From assembly GCA_021775755.1 (NCBI GenBank), contig JAJFHE010000050.1, forward strand, positions 343,842-407,841: a stretch of DNA of 64,000 nt, in the 5' to 3' direction. Shown piece by piece: positions 18,743 to 29,078 of this stretch. Source of the stretch: Hyphomicrobiales bacterium. GTDB taxonomy: Bacteria; Pseudomonadota; Alphaproteobacteria; Rhizobiales; JAJFHB01. The position numbers and the translations under genes were made by a program. Positions within the stretch are counted from its first letter, which is position 1, and each line of letters begins with the position of its first letter. The notes below the pieces were generated by a model. It saw only the letters and a list, made by a program, of their open reading frames with translations. It was not told the DNA's origin and made no database searches.

Positions 18743-20871
18743 GAGGCGTTCCTTGCGTCTGTGGTGGTTTTGGCCGGCACAATCAGCGCGTCGACAAGGC
18801 AGTAGCCCTCGCCTTGCGGAAGAACCATAACCGGATTTAAGTCAATCTCATCGATCAGTTGGCTATAATGATGTGCGAAATCAGATAGCCGGTAGAGCAG
18901 CGCGGCAAAGCTCTCCACGTCCGCGGCAGGTCCACCGCGCACCGGACCCAGCAACGCTTTCGCCTTCAACCCGGCTATCATTTCTTCTGCATCACCTTCG
19001 GCCAGAGGCAGCGGACGCAGGGCAACGTCTCGGAAGAGTTCAATCGCAATACCCCCGAGACCTGCCGCCAGGACGAGCCCGAAATCCGGATCCCGGTTGA
19101 CGCCGGCAAACATTTCCACGCCGCCCGGGATCATCTCCTGGACGAGAAATCCTTCGACACCATCCAGGTTTTCCACGCGGGCCTGCAACACACCCCATGT
19201 TTCCTGTACGGCCGCCTCGTCTTCGATGCCAAGTGTCACGAGCCCGAGTTCCGTTTTGTGTGGCAGAGCATCGCCGAATGCCTTCATGGCCACCGGGAAA
19301 CCGATTTCCCGGGCCGCAGCGCTTGCCTCTGTGGCCGACGTGACGGCGCTTTCCCGCGGCGTGGCAAACCCGCAAGCGGACAGAAGCGTTTTTGCGTCAC
19401 GTTCATTGATCGAGGGCCGACCCGCTGCATCGCGCAGTGCCTCGGCAATGTCTGATGGCGGAGAAAACTCCAAGCTACGGGGCTGCCGCTTCCAGGTGGC
19501 ATAGCGGCCAAGTCGGTCAAGGGCGGCGAGACCCTGGCGGGTGCCACCGATGGACACCACCCCGTGGCGGCGCATGGTTTCCCCAAACGTCTCGTTCATG
19601 ACGCCTGCGCGGGTGTTCATGAAGTAGTGCGGCTGATCGCTCTTAAGCGCACTTTCGGTGAGCAGTTCAGTACAGAACTCGTAGACGCGCCGGCCCATGG
19701 GATCGCCGTCGGTGCTGTCCATGCACAGCGTGATGGCGTCCGGCGCCACTTCGTCTCTCATTACCTCAAGGGTGTGCGCCAGGTTGGTCTTAAAATTGCC
19801 GTTGCCCCAGGCATCGGCCGGATTGCCGTCTCCGGTGAGCTCACCGACGACGCTTTCAATGCGGTCGCGCGCTGCACGGGGAAGCGGCGGCAGGCTGAGA
19901 CCTGCCTCTTCGGCCAGATCGAGGATGAGTTCCGACTGGCCGCCCGAAGCGGTGATTACCGAGATGTCCCGCCCCGACGGCCATTTATCAGCAGAACAAA
20001 CCGCCAGAAGCTCGCTCATTTCATCAAGGTCGCGCACTTCGATGGCCCGATGCGCCCGCAGAACCTCCGAAAAGACACCCGCTTTGCCCGCGAGACCGCC
20101 GGTGTGACTGGTGACGGCCCGTTGCGCGCGCGCGCTGCGGCCGACTTTAAGGGCAATAACCGGAATGCCCGTGCTCGATGCCTTGTCGAGTGCCGCGACG
20201 AACTTTTCCGGCTCGTTCACGGTCTCGATAAATGTAGCGATTACGCGGGTTGTGTCCTGTTCGAGCAGAAAGTCGATGTAGTCCGCCGTGGACAGCACTG
20301 CCTCGTTGCCCGACGAGATCATGTGGTTGTAACCATATCGCCTCAGATCGCTCAGCATGCCGATACACACCGAACCGCTCTGTGAGACGAAACCGACATT
20401 GCCCGCAAGCCTTGAGGGGTCGATGAGCTCGCTGAGATACGTCGCGGCGCGGGCCCAGGGACTGATGCTGCCCATGCAATTGGGGCCTTGCAGCGCAATG
20501 TTTGCCTCACGGCACATTTCGCTCAATTCACGCTGACGGGCACGTCCCTCCTCACCGCTCTCCGCAAAGCCTGCATCATAAATGACGGCGGCACGCGCGC
20601 CGCATTCTGCGATCTGCTTGAACCCTTCAGCGGCGCGCCCACCAGACAGGCAAACACTGACGACATCAGGTGGTTCGGGCAGCTCAGACAACGCTCCGTA
20701 GCAACGCTGGCCAAGTATGGTGTCGTATTTTGGATTGATGGGATAGATGCCGCCTTCATATCCCATAGTCTTCAGCGTGCCCATCAGCGCGCGCCCGATC
20801 GACGGGCGCTCTGAGGCCCCGAGAATGGCGATGGATTTCGGGTTAAGCAGGGAGTTCAGATCGAAAGGCAT
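18739..20871 (-). CDS. ADP-forming acyl-CoA synthetase (acetate--CoA ligase family; CoA-binding, succinyl-CoA-synthetase-like and ATP-grasp domains)
   Basis: 710 aa. N-terminal PKSIAILGASERPSIG (CoA-binding) and a C-terminal ATP-grasp region (FPVAMKA...). Confidence 0.85.
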   Translation of the reverse strand: MPFDLNSLLNPKSIAILGASERPSIGRALMGTLKTMGYEGGIYPINPKYDTILGQRCYGALSELPEPPDVVSVCLSGGRAAEGFKQIAECGARAAVIYDAGFAESGEEGRARQRELSEMCREANIALQGPNCMGSISPWARAATYLSELIDPSRLAGNVGFVSQSGSVCIGMLSDLRRYGYNHMISSGNEAVLSTADYIDFLLEQDTTRVIATFIETVNEPEKFVAALDKASSTGIPVIALKVGRSARAQRAVTSHTGGLAGKAGVFSEVLRAHRAIEVRDLDEMSELLAVCSADKWPSGRDISVITASGGQSELILDLAEEAGLSLPPLPRAARDRIESVVGELTGDGNPADAWGNGNFKTNLAHTLEVMRDEVAPDAITLCMDSTDGDPMGRRVYEFCTELLTESALKSDQPHYFMNTRAGVMNETFGETMRRHGVVSIGGTRQGLAALDRLGRYATWKRQPRSLEFSPPSDIAEALRDAAGRPSINERDAKTLLSACGFATPRESAVTSATEASAAAREIGFPVAMKAFGDALPHKTELGLVTLGIEDEAAVQETWGVLQARVENLDGVEGFLVQEMIPGGVEMFAGVNRDPDFGLVLAAGLGGIAIELFRDVALRPLPLAEGDAEEMIAGLKAKALLGPVRGGPAADVESFAALLYRLSDFAHHYSQLIDEIDLNPVMVLPQGEGYCLVDALIVPAKTTTDARNAS

Positions 20872-20907
20872 GGAGCGGGAACTGCCGGTGAGTGAGTCAA
20901 ACCCACG

Positions 20908-21552
20908 TTACCCGCTGGAGACGGAAATTTCGATGCGTTCTTTGCCCCGGCCGATATTGTTTCGCTTGAGCGCAATATCGCCAACTTCGCCGGTGCGTTT
21001 GAGATGCGTGCCTCCGCAAGGGACTTTCGCAAAGCCGGGTACCTGCCAGAAGCGGCGCTCGTTCGGCTCGTCGCTGAACGCGCTGGTAATTGGCACATCC
21101 GCGCCAACAATCTCCATCGCTTCGTTAGTAAGATCGGGCAAAGACGGTTTGACGCTGGAGTCGAGAGCGAAATCGATGCGGGCTTTGTCAGCGGATATAT
21201 GCGCGCCGATCTTGGGTGGGTCGCCGAACTTCTTGTAGACAAGCTCCAGAACTAGTTCAGCAGCAAAATGCAGGCGCATCAGCGCGTAGCGGCGCGGCCA
21301 ATCGATCTCGACGCGGACCTGAGCGCCCGGCACCAATTTATGGCCTTCCTCCAGCGTATAGAAGATGTCCCGCCCCTGCTTTCTCGCCTCGAGCACCTCA
21401 AAACCGGCAATCCATCCGGCGTCGCTCTCCTGGCCGCCGGCAAACGCATAGAAAATTGTATCCTCAAGCGTAACGACAGGTCCCTCGACGGACGCGACCG
21501 CCGTTTCAAGCTCAGTGCAATAGGGATCGTCCCAGAAAACCTTGCGGGTCAT
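20908..21552 (-). CDS. AlaX-like protein (alanyl/threonyl-tRNA synthetase editing / second additional domain family)
   Basis: 214 aa with FYAFAGGQESDAG, RRYALMRLHFAAELV (HxxxE where I expect HxxxH) and the CGGTH zinc motif. Confidence 0.7.
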   Translation of the reverse strand: MTRKVFWDDPYCTELETAVASVEGPVVTLEDTIFYAFAGGQESDAGWIAGFEVLEARKQGRDIFYTLEEGHKLVPGAQVRVEIDWPRRYALMRLHFAAELVLELVYKKFGDPPKIGAHISADKARIDFALDSSVKPSLPDLTNEAMEIVGADVPITSAFSDEPNERRFWQVPGFAKVPCGGTHLKRTGEVGDIALKRNNIGRGKERIEISVSSG

Positions 21553-21570
21553 GCAGCACTCCAGTTCCCG

Positions 21571-22944
21571 TCAGGCGGCATTTGAGACTTCGCGCTCGGC
21601 ATCGTTCAGCGCGAGATCGAAGCGGTCGAACATTTCGTCGATTTCAGCATCAGTGATGATCAGCGGCGGCGCGAACAAAACGCTGGTGCCCGTAACCCGC
21701 ACAATGACGCCGCGTTCCATGCTGGCGTCCATCACCGCCTTGCTCAGACCTGAGACGGTACCCGTCGCGCCTTCGCCGTTGCCCTCGGCCTTAAGCTGAA
21801 GCGCGCCGCCTAGTCCAAGTGCGCGGACATCGGCGATCAACGGATGATCGCGATAGCCATCCAGACGCTTGCGAAGTGTTACGGCCCGGTCGCGCACATA
21901 GTTCACCATGTCGCGCTCTTCCATGAGGTTCAAAACCTCAAGCGCCACCGCGGCGCCCACAGGATGCGCCGAATAGGTCCCGGCATGGGCAAACATACCA
22001 TTGAGATCGGAGTGCGCCTCAAGATCGCCGTAGAAATCATCCGACATGATGATCGCGGATATGGGGAAATAGGCGCTGCTCAGCGCCTTGGCGCTTACCA
22101 TACAGTCGGGCTTCAGGTCGTAGGTTTCGGTCGCAAACATGTTTCCGGTGCGCGCAAACCCCGTGACCACCTCGTCATCGATAAAGGCGATGCCGTAACG
22201 CGTCAGAACCTCGCAGATGGCATCGAAGTAGCCCTTAGGCGGGGGGAAAAAACCGCAGGAGAAGCAGACCGGCTCGGCAATGAAGGCTCCGACGGTTTCC
22301 GGGCCCGCCTCAAGGATCGTCTCTTCCAGTTCGCGGGCAAGGCGGGCGACGAACTCCGCTTCGCTTTCGCCGTCAAGATGATCGGTGAAGTAATTCGGCT
22401 GCGACACAAACAGATGGTCGCTCATGTCCAAAGCGAAGCTGTCATGCAGCGACTTCGACCCGCCAAGGCTTGCGGTCAGCGAGGTGCCGCCGTGGTAGCT
22501 GCCCCAGCGGCTGATGACCTTGCGGCGATCGGGCTGGCCGCGAAAAACATTGCGGTAGCGCATGAACTTAATAATGAAATCGTTCGCTTCCGACCCGGTC
22601 GACCCGAAGGCCACATGCGCTCCTTCGAACGGCGCGAGCGCGGCGAGCCTGTCGGCAAGTTCCATCGCTGCCGGCACGGTGCGGTGCATGCCCGAAACGT
22701 AAAATGGCAACTCGCGCATCTGACGCTCGGCCGCCTCGATCAGGCGTGCCTCGCTGTAACCGAATGCGGCGCAGTAAAACGACGACGTCGCCTCCAGATA
22801 GTCCTTGCCGTTTTCGTCGTAGATGAACACGCCTTGGCCCCGTGTAATGACGATCGGACGCTCCGAGCGAGCCTTGCGGAGGTTTGAAAACCCGAGAACA
22901 AGGCTTTCCAGAGAGGCGTTTGTTTGCGGACTTGCCATTGCCAT
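21571..22944 (-). CDS. Class III (omega) pyridoxal-phosphate aminotransferase
   Basis: About 457 aa from ATG 22944 (the track's GTG at 22998 is possible). Contains GSEANDFIIKF, FIDDEVVTGFARTG and SAKALSSAY (catalytic Lys region). Confidence 0.88.
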   Translation of the reverse strand: MAMASPQTNASLESLVLGFSNLRKARSERPIVITRGQGVFIYDENGKDYLEATSSFYCAAFGYSEARLIEAAERQMRELPFYVSGMHRTVPAAMELADRLAALAPFEGAHVAFGSTGSEANDFIIKFMRYRNVFRGQPDRRKVISRWGSYHGGTSLTASLGGSKSLHDSFALDMSDHLFVSQPNYFTDHLDGESEAEFVARLARELEETILEAGPETVGAFIAEPVCFSCGFFPPPKGYFDAICEVLTRYGIAFIDDEVVTGFARTGNMFATETYDLKPDCMVSAKALSSAYFPISAIIMSDDFYGDLEAHSDLNGMFAHAGTYSAHPVGAAVALEVLNLMEERDMVNYVRDRAVTLRKRLDGYRDHPLIADVRALGLGGALQLKAEGNGEGATGTVSGLSKAVMDASMERGVIVRVTGTSVLFAPPLIITDAEIDEMFDRFDLALNDAEREVSNAA

Positions 22945-23034
22945 TGTGCCGATACCTGCTAGCCGAATGTCCCAAGGCCCGCATCCTCGGCCAATCACCG
23001 GAAAACATCAACACGGTGCGCTGCGCACGAATCG

Positions 23035-23068
23035 AAAACCCCGATGGTGGTTGGTGCCATCGGGGTTT
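23035..23068 (-). terminator. Strong intrinsic-terminator-like hairpin between the 44-codon uORF and the aminotransferase gene (possible attenuator)
   Basis: The minus strand reads AAACCCCGATGG-caccaacca-CCATCGGGGTTT followed by TCGATTC. The core is a 9-bp GC-rich stem, 12 bp with the A/T ends. Confidence 0.6.
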
Positions 23069-23113
23069 AGCTTTGTAACAGTGCAGGAAACGGTCGAGCG
23101 CCCTTAATACTCA

Positions 23114-23248
23114 TTACTTGTGGTACGGGTGCATGCGCGGAGTTCTTGTTTCTGCCCGATAATGCCCGTTCCGGGTGTTCAAATGCGATCCCGGCCAACC
23201 GGTAACCGATTTAATGATGCCGAGATAGGCGTCAAAGATGATGTTCAT
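23114..23248 (-). CDS. Small ORF (44 aa), possible leader peptide or small protein
   Basis: Below the track size cutoff. AGGAGA Shine-Dalgarno 7 nt before the ATG. Product MNIIFDAYLGIIKSVTGWPGSHLNTRNGHYRAETRTPRMHPYHK, stop TAA. No family recognised. Confidence 0.4.
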   Translation of the reverse strand: MNIIFDAYLGIIKSVTGWPGSHLNTRNGHYRAETRTPRMHPYHK

Positions 23249-23328
23249 TGTTCTTATCTCCTAAGGTGTTGAATTAGTGAATATATGCGCCTTGGCACCT
23301 TGCATGACAAACGGCAAATTCCTACGTT

Positions 23329-23351
23329 ACCTGTAACTTCATGTTACAGGT
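23329..23351. promoter_or_regulatory. LysR-type operator: perfect inverted repeat ACCTGTAAC-N5-GTTACAGGT containing T-N11-A
   Basis: Seen directly. It overlaps the 5' end of the lysR-family gene and faces the divergent uORF/aminotransferase operon. Confidence 0.6.
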
Positions 23352-23355
23352 TCAC

Positions 23356-24270
23356 ATGCCACACAGACTTCCCTCCCTGAAAGCACTGCGCGCGTTCGAA
23401 GCGGCCGGCCGGCTCACAAGCTTCTCCAAGGCCGCCGATGAACTCTTTGTGACGCATGCAGCGGTAAGCCGCCATATTCGCGATCTTGAAGAATGGTTCG
23501 GCACTAAACTTTTCGTGCGAACCGGACGCGGCGTTGAGCTCACGGAGTTGGGCGCAGGCTATCTGAGGGACGTTTCGGCGGCGTTCGACCGCCTGGCACG
23601 CGGCACTCAAAAGGTAATTGAAGAACTCGGAGGCGCGCGGCTGTCCGTCAGTGTGGAAGAGGCATTCGCAAGCCGCTGGCTGGTGCCCGTTCTCGGCCAT
23701 TTCACCGCCAACCACGCCGATATCGAGCTGTCACTTGATCCAAACGATGATCTCATCGATTTCCGATCTGGAAATTTCGATCTTGGGATCCGCTACGGTG
23801 GCGGCAAACCCGACTGGCCGGACGTTGATGTGGAATTGCTTTGCGATGTGCTGATATTTCCAGTCTGCAGCCCAAATCTCGCCAATCTGGAACAACTGCA
23901 GACCCCGGCCGACATAACGCAGTTTCCTCTACTGCATGAGGACTCAAAACAATGGTGGCAGGCCTGGCTGGATGCAGAAGGCGTAGGCGAAGGCGCGACA
24001 ACGCGCGGTCCCATGTTCCAGGGGCATCTGGCGTTGGAAGCTGCAGAAGCAGATCAGGGCTTTGCGCTCGGCGATCAGATCCTGACGTCCGAAGCTCTAA
24101 AAGAAGGGTGGCTCGTCAAACCGCTCGAAGGAGCAGAGCAGCACGGCGCCTACTACATCGTTTCTCCAAAAGGACGCTCAGACGGCGAGCCCGCGCAGGC
24201 ATTTCGGGCCTGGTTGCACGCGGAAGTCGGCGAAACGGACAGATGGTTCAGAGCCAACCAAGTATCCTGA
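23356..24270 (+). CDS. LysR-family transcriptional regulator (GcvA-like)
   Basis: MPHRLPSLKALRAFEAAGRLTSFSKAADELFVTHAAVSRHIRDLEEWFG is an HTH typical of the GcvA subfamily. ATG 23356 is preferred to the track start at 23341. Confidence 0.9.
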   Translation: MPHRLPSLKALRAFEAAGRLTSFSKAADELFVTHAAVSRHIRDLEEWFGTKLFVRTGRGVELTELGAGYLRDVSAAFDRLARGTQKVIEELGGARLSVSVEEAFASRWLVPVLGHFTANHADIELSLDPNDDLIDFRSGNFDLGIRYGGGKPDWPDVDVELLCDVLIFPVCSPNLANLEQLQTPADITQFPLLHEDSKQWWQAWLDAEGVGEGATTRGPMFQGHLALEAAEADQGFALGDQILTSEALKEGWLVKPLEGAEQHGAYYIVSPKGRSDGEPAQAFRAWLHAEVGETDRWFRANQVS

Positions 24271-24347
24271 CATATCGTGTCAGCAGAAACCGCCGCGGCT
24301 CTGTGGACGATTGCCGCCATGAATTGCCCTCATCCGGTGAATAAGCT

Positions 24348-27257
24348 ATGCCAGATCACATGAACGAACGCTCTCAATCCGGCAAAGTCATATCGATCCA
24401 GGGCGCGCGTGAGCACAATCTGAAAAACGTCTCGCTTGAGCTGCCGCGCGACAATCTGATCGTCATTACCGGCCTGTCGGGTTCCGGCAAATCGTCGCTC
24501 GCGTTCGATACGATTTATGCCGAGGGCCAGCGGCGTTACGTGGAGTCGTTGTCGGCTTACGCCCGGCAGTTTCTGGAAATGATGCAAAAGCCCGATGTCG
24601 ATCAGATCGACGGGCTGTCGCCGGCAATCTCCATCGAACAGAAGACGACCTCGCGAAACCCGCGCTCGACCGTCGGTACGGTGACAGAGATTTACGACTA
24701 CATGCGCCTGCTCTTTGCACGTGTGGGTGTTCCCTATTCACCGGCCACCGGCCTGCCGATCGAAAGCCAGACCGTGTCGCAGATGGTCGACCGGGTGCTC
24801 GAGCTTGAAGATGGGGCGCGGCTTTACCTGCTCGCGCCGATCGTGCGCGGGCGCAAGGGCGAGTACCGCAAGGAATTCGCTGACCTCATGAAGAAGGGGT
24901 TTCAGCGGGTCAAGGTCGATGGCGCGTTCTATGAGCTGGAGGACGCCCCGACACTCGACAAGAAATTCAAACACGATATCGACGTGGTGGTGGACCGCAT
25001 CGTCGTGCGCGATGATATTGCCAGCCGCCTTGCCGATAGTTTCGAAACGGCGCTCGACCTGGCCGATGGTCTGGCGATTGCGGAGTATGCGGACGTCCAG
25101 GACGATAAGGGCGATGCGGAGCGCATTATCTTCTCCGCCCGGTTTGCCTGCCCGGTTTCGGGCTTCACCATCGATGAGATCGAACCGCGGCTGTTTTCCT
25201 TCAACAACCCGTTCGGCGCCTGCCCGAAATGCGACGGACTTGGAACGGAACTGCGGTTTGAGCGCGAACTGGTCGTGCCGGACGACAGTGTGTCGCTCAA
25301 CGACGGTGCCGTGACGCCGTGGGCGCGCACCGGCAACACATCGCCCTACTATGCCCAGACCCTCGAGGCGGTCTCCAAACACTATGGCGTTTCCATGCAT
25401 GCGCCATGGAACGAACTGCCCAAGGATGTGCGCGATGCCATCTTGTATGGGTCGGGCAAGGAAGAAATCACCTTCGTCTACGATGACGGGCTGCGCAGCT
25501 ACGAGACCAGCAAATCCTTTGAAGGCGTCATCACCAATATCGAGCGCCGCTGGCAGGAAACCGATTCGAGCTGGGTGCGCGAGGAACTGGCGCGTTATCA
25601 GTCCGACCATCCCTGCGAGGCCTGCGAGGGCTATCGCCTCAAGTCGCAGGCCAAGGCTGTCAAGATCGACGGCATGCATATCGGGCAGGTCACGGAGAAG
25701 TCCATCCGCGCCGCACGGGACTGGTTCGATGCTCTCGAGCCTAAACTGACGAACAAGCAGGCGGAGATCGCCAACCGTATCCTTAAGGAAATCCGCGAGC
25801 GGCTGCGCTTTCTCGTCGATGTCGGCCTCGACTACCTGACGTTGTCGCGCAAGTCCGGCACGCTTTCGGGCGGTGAAAGCCAGCGCATCCGCCTCGCCAG
25901 CCAGATTGGTTCCGGCCTGACAGGCGTTCTCTACGTACTCGACGAGCCCTCCATCGGCCTGCATCAGCGCGACAATGCGCGGTTGCTTGAAACGCTGAAG
26001 CACCTGCGCGATCTCGGCAACACGGTGATTGTCGTCGAGCATGACGAAGATGCCATTCTGACAGCCGATCACGTGGTCGATATCGGTAAGGGCGCTGGTA
26101 TTCATGGCGGCAAGATCGTCGCCGAAGGCACGCCCCAGCAGGTCATGCAGTCAACGGAAAGCCTGACCGGACAGTATCTCACCGGCATGATGCAGGTGCC
26201 CCTGCCGCCGGAACGGCGCCCGACCGAACTGGAGCGTCGCCTTTCAATCGTCGGCGCGCGCGAAAACAACCTCAAGAACGTCACCGCGGACATTCCACTG
26301 TCGACCTTTACCTGCGTCACCGGCGTCTCGGGAGGCGGCAAGTCAACGCTTCTCATCGACACGCTGTACAAGGCCGCTGCCCGCAAGCTCAATAATTCGC
26401 GGGTTGCGCCGGGCGAGCACGACCGCATCGATGGGCTGGAGTATCTCGACAAGATCATCGATATCGACCAATCGCCGATCGGACGCACGCCGCGCTCCAA
26501 CCCGGCGACCTATACGGGTGCCTTCACGCCGATCCGCGAATGGTTTACCGGGCTTCCCGAGGCGCGCGCGCGCGGCTATTCGCCGGGGCGGTTTTCGTTC
26601 AACGTCAAGGGCGGGCGCTGCGAGGCGTGCCAGGGCGATGGCGTCATCAAGATCGAGATGCACTTTCTGCCCGACGTCTATGTCACCTGCGACACCTGCA
26701 AGGGCCAGCGCTACAACCGCGAAACCCTTGAGATCAAATTCAAGGACCAGTCGATAGCCGATGTCCTCGACATGACGGTGTCGGAAGCGCGGGACTTCTT
26801 CAAGGCGGTGCCGGCGGTGCGCGACAAACTCGAAACGCTCGACAGGGTCGGGCTCGGATATATCAAAGTCGGCCAGCAGGCGACGACACTTTCCGGCGGC
26901 GAGGCGCAGCGCGTCAAGCTTGCCAAGGAACTCTCAAAACGCGCCACGGGCCGCACACTCTACATTCTCGATGAGCCGACGACCGGTCTTCACTTCCACG
27001 ACGTGGCGAAGCTTCTCGAAGTGCTGCACGAGCTTGTCGACAGCGGCAATACGGTGGTCGTGATCGAGCATAATCTGGAAGTCATCAAGACGGCGGACTG
27101 GATCATCGATCTTGGGCCCGAAGGCGGCGATGGCGGCGGTGAAATCGTGGCGGCGGGACCTCCGGAGGATATCGCCGCCTGCGAACGCAGCTATACCGGC
27201 GCCTATATCAAACGGTTGCTGCGCCCCCGCAAGGCTTCCACGCAAGCAGCCGAATAG
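24348..27257 (+). CDS. uvrA: Excinuclease ABC subunit A
   Basis: 969 aa with two ABC modules ([20 protein letters not shown]), zinc-finger Cys pairs and LSGGEAQR. Confidence 0.98.
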   Translation: MPDHMNERSQSGKVISIQGAREHNLKNVSLELPRDNLIVITGLSGSGKSSLAFDTIYAEGQRRYVESLSAYARQFLEMMQKPDVDQIDGLSPAISIEQKTTSRNPRSTVGTVTEIYDYMRLLFARVGVPYSPATGLPIESQTVSQMVDRVLELEDGARLYLLAPIVRGRKGEYRKEFADLMKKGFQRVKVDGAFYELEDAPTLDKKFKHDIDVVVDRIVVRDDIASRLADSFETALDLADGLAIAEYADVQDDKGDAERIIFSARFACPVSGFTIDEIEPRLFSFNNPFGACPKCDGLGTELRFERELVVPDDSVSLNDGAVTPWARTGNTSPYYAQTLEAVSKHYGVSMHAPWNELPKDVRDAILYGSGKEEITFVYDDGLRSYETSKSFEGVITNIERRWQETDSSWVREELARYQSDHPCEACEGYRLKSQAKAVKIDGMHIGQVTEKSIRAARDWFDALEPKLTNKQAEIANRILKEIRERLRFLVDVGLDYLTLSRKSGTLSGGESQRIRLASQIGSGLTGVLYVLDEPSIGLHQRDNARLLETLKHLRDLGNTVIVVEHDEDAILTADHVVDIGKGAGIHGGKIVAEGTPQQVMQSTESLTGQYLTGMMQVPLPPERRPTELERRLSIVGARENNLKNVTADIPLSTFTCVTGVSGGGKSTLLIDTLYKAAARKLNNSRVAPGEHDRIDGLEYLDKIIDIDQSPIGRTPRSNPATYTGAFTPIREWFTGLPEARARGYSPGRFSFNVKGGRCEACQGDGVIKIEMHFLPDVYVTCDTCKGQRYNRETLEIKFKDQSIADVLDMTVSEARDFFKAVPAVRDKLETLDRVGLGYIKVGQQATTLSGGEAQRVKLAKELSKRATGRTLYILDEPTTGLHFHDVAKLLEVLHELVDSGNTVVVIEHNLEVIKTADWIIDLGPEGGDGGGEIVAAGPPEDIAACERSYTGAYIKRLLRPRKASTQAAE

Positions 27258-27272
27258 AAGGTATTCCAGGCC

Positions 27273-27368
27273 ATGCAATGGTGGATTGTACTGTTTCTCG
27301 CAACGCTTGCCGCGATCTTTCTGTTGCGCCGTGCAAAGCAGCGCCGGGACAGAGACGACGACAACTGA
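27273..27368 (+). CDS. Possible small membrane protein (31 aa)
   Basis: MQWWIVLFLATLAAIFLLRRAKQRRDRDDDN has one hydrophobic helix and a charged tail. The Shine-Dalgarno is weak. Below the track cutoff, so speculative. Confidence 0.25.
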   Translation: MQWWIVLFLATLAAIFLLRRAKQRRDRDDDN

Positions 27369-27655
27369 GATTTGGCGGTATCCTTGGCGCGGCCACCACC
27401 AGCCTAAAGGGGAAGGCATGGCAGTGACCGCGTTTCAGGAGACAGCCGTGGCGCCCTTCAAAGCCGCCACAACGTCGAGGGAAGAACGCACTCACCGGCT
27501 TGGCTGAACCGGCCGTCTTCCAAAAGTGATATGGGTGCACCTATGCGGTTTCACCACCCCACTCGCGGCGTTGTGCTCGGGCGTGAATGGATCAGGCGGG
27601 CCAATGAACAACCCGCCTCGACCGGCATGGCGAATTGCGCTAAGTCCTTTGCACA

Positions 27656-29068
27656 ATGACAGACCGCAAACCCATACACATCGTCGGCGGCGGGCTGGCA
27701 GGCTCCGAAGCGGCCTGGCAGGCTGCGGCTCTCGGCGTTCCTGTTGTTCTGCACGAGATGCGGCCGGTGCAGGGCACCGAGGCGCATCAGACGGACGGAC
27801 TGGCTGAGCTTGTCTGCTCGAACTCCTTCCGCTCCGACGATGCGGAAAGCAATGCGGTGGGGCTGTTGCACGAGGAAATGCGGCGCGCGAACTCTCTCAT
27901 TCTCAAGTGTGCAGACCGGCACAAACTCCCCGCGGGCGGCGCACTCGCGGTTGACCGCGACGGGTTCTCGGACGAAGTCACCGGGGCGATTGAGGCCAAT
28001 GCCATGATCTCGGTCGAACGGGAACTGGTCGGCGGACTGCCGCCTGAAGACTGGGACAGTGTGATAGTCGCCACCGGGCCCCTCACCGCTCCAGGACTTA
28101 GCGAAGCTATCCGTTCACTCACCGGCGATGACGGCCTGGCCTTCTTCGATGCCATCGCCCCCATCATCTACAAGGACAGCATTGATTTCGACGTCTGCTG
28201 GTTTCAGTCGCGCTACGACAAGGCCGGCCCCGGCGGCACCGGGGCCGACTATATCAACTGCCCGCTCGACCGCGATCAGTACGAAGCTCTGATGGACGCG
28301 CTGATTGCGGCGGAGAAGACCGAATTCAAGGACTGGGAAGCGGCAACGCTCTATTTCGATGGCTGCCTGCCGATTGAAATCATGGCGGAACGCGGCCGCG
28401 AAACCCTGCGGCACGGGCCGATGAAGCCGGTCGGCCTCACCAATCCGCACAATCCGGAGGTCAAGGCACACGCCATCGTGCAGCTTCGCCAGGACAACGC
28501 GCTCGGCACTCTCTACAACATGGTCGGGTTTCAGACCAAGATGAAATACGGCGAGCAGACGCGCGTGCTGCAGATGATCCCGGGCCTTGAAAATGCACAG
28601 TTTGCGCGGCTCGGCGGCCTGCACCGCAATACTTTTCTGAACAGCCCCGAACTGCTCGACGGATCGCTGCGCCTCAAGGCGGATCCCCGGCTGCGTTTTG
28701 CCGGCCAGATTACCGGCGTCGAGGGTTATGTGGAGAGCGCTGCAATCGGCCTCCTGTGCGGGCGGTTCGCAGCAGCCGAGCGCCTCGGCGGCACTATCGG
28801 CACTCCGCCCGCAACAACCGCTTTGGGGGCTCTCATCGGCCACATTACCGGTGGTCACCTGAGCAATCCGGTCTCCGGGAAGACCCGCTCTTTCCAGCCG
28901 ATGAACGTCAATTTTGGCCTGTTTCCCGAGGTTGAAACGCCGAAAAAGGAAGACGGCAAGCGTATCCGCGGCAAGGAACGGGGCCGTGCCCGCAAGCGCG
29001 CCTACACTCGCCGTGCGCTTGAGGATCTCGCCGTCTGGCTCGGCGATGCACAGATCGCGGCGGAATAG
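27656..29068 (+). CDS. trmFO: Methylenetetrahydrofolate--tRNA-(uracil-5)-methyltransferase TrmFO
   Basis: 470 aa with [16 protein letters not shown] (FAD-binding site) and typical TrmFO/Gid length and motifs. Confidence 0.93.
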   Translation: MTDRKPIHIVGGGLAGSEAAWQAAALGVPVVLHEMRPVQGTEAHQTDGLAELVCSNSFRSDDAESNAVGLLHEEMRRANSLILKCADRHKLPAGGALAVDRDGFSDEVTGAIEANAMISVERELVGGLPPEDWDSVIVATGPLTAPGLSEAIRSLTGDDGLAFFDAIAPIIYKDSIDFDVCWFQSRYDKAGPGGTGADYINCPLDRDQYEALMDALIAAEKTEFKDWEAATLYFDGCLPIEIMAERGRETLRHGPMKPVGLTNPHNPEVKAHAIVQLRQDNALGTLYNMVGFQTKMKYGEQTRVLQMIPGLENAQFARLGGLHRNTFLNSPELLDGSLRLKADPRLRFAGQITGVEGYVESAAIGLLCGRFAAAERLGGTIGTPPATTALGALIGHITGGHLSNPVSGKTRSFQPMNVNFGLFPEVETPKKEDGKRIRGKERGRARKRAYTRRALEDLAVWLGDAQIAAE

Positions 29069-29078
29069 CCGGACCCCT

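Noticed and set aside
24738-26105. 455-aa minus-strand ORF
   Set aside because: It is antisense to uvrA, with no recognisable motifs, so I treat it as a high-GC shadow ORF. The same reasoning applies to 57427..58605 (antisense valS), 2954..3871 and 3893..4762 (antisense gyrA), 21844..22887 (antisense aminotransferase), 50347..51252, 28115..28858 and 19564..20385.
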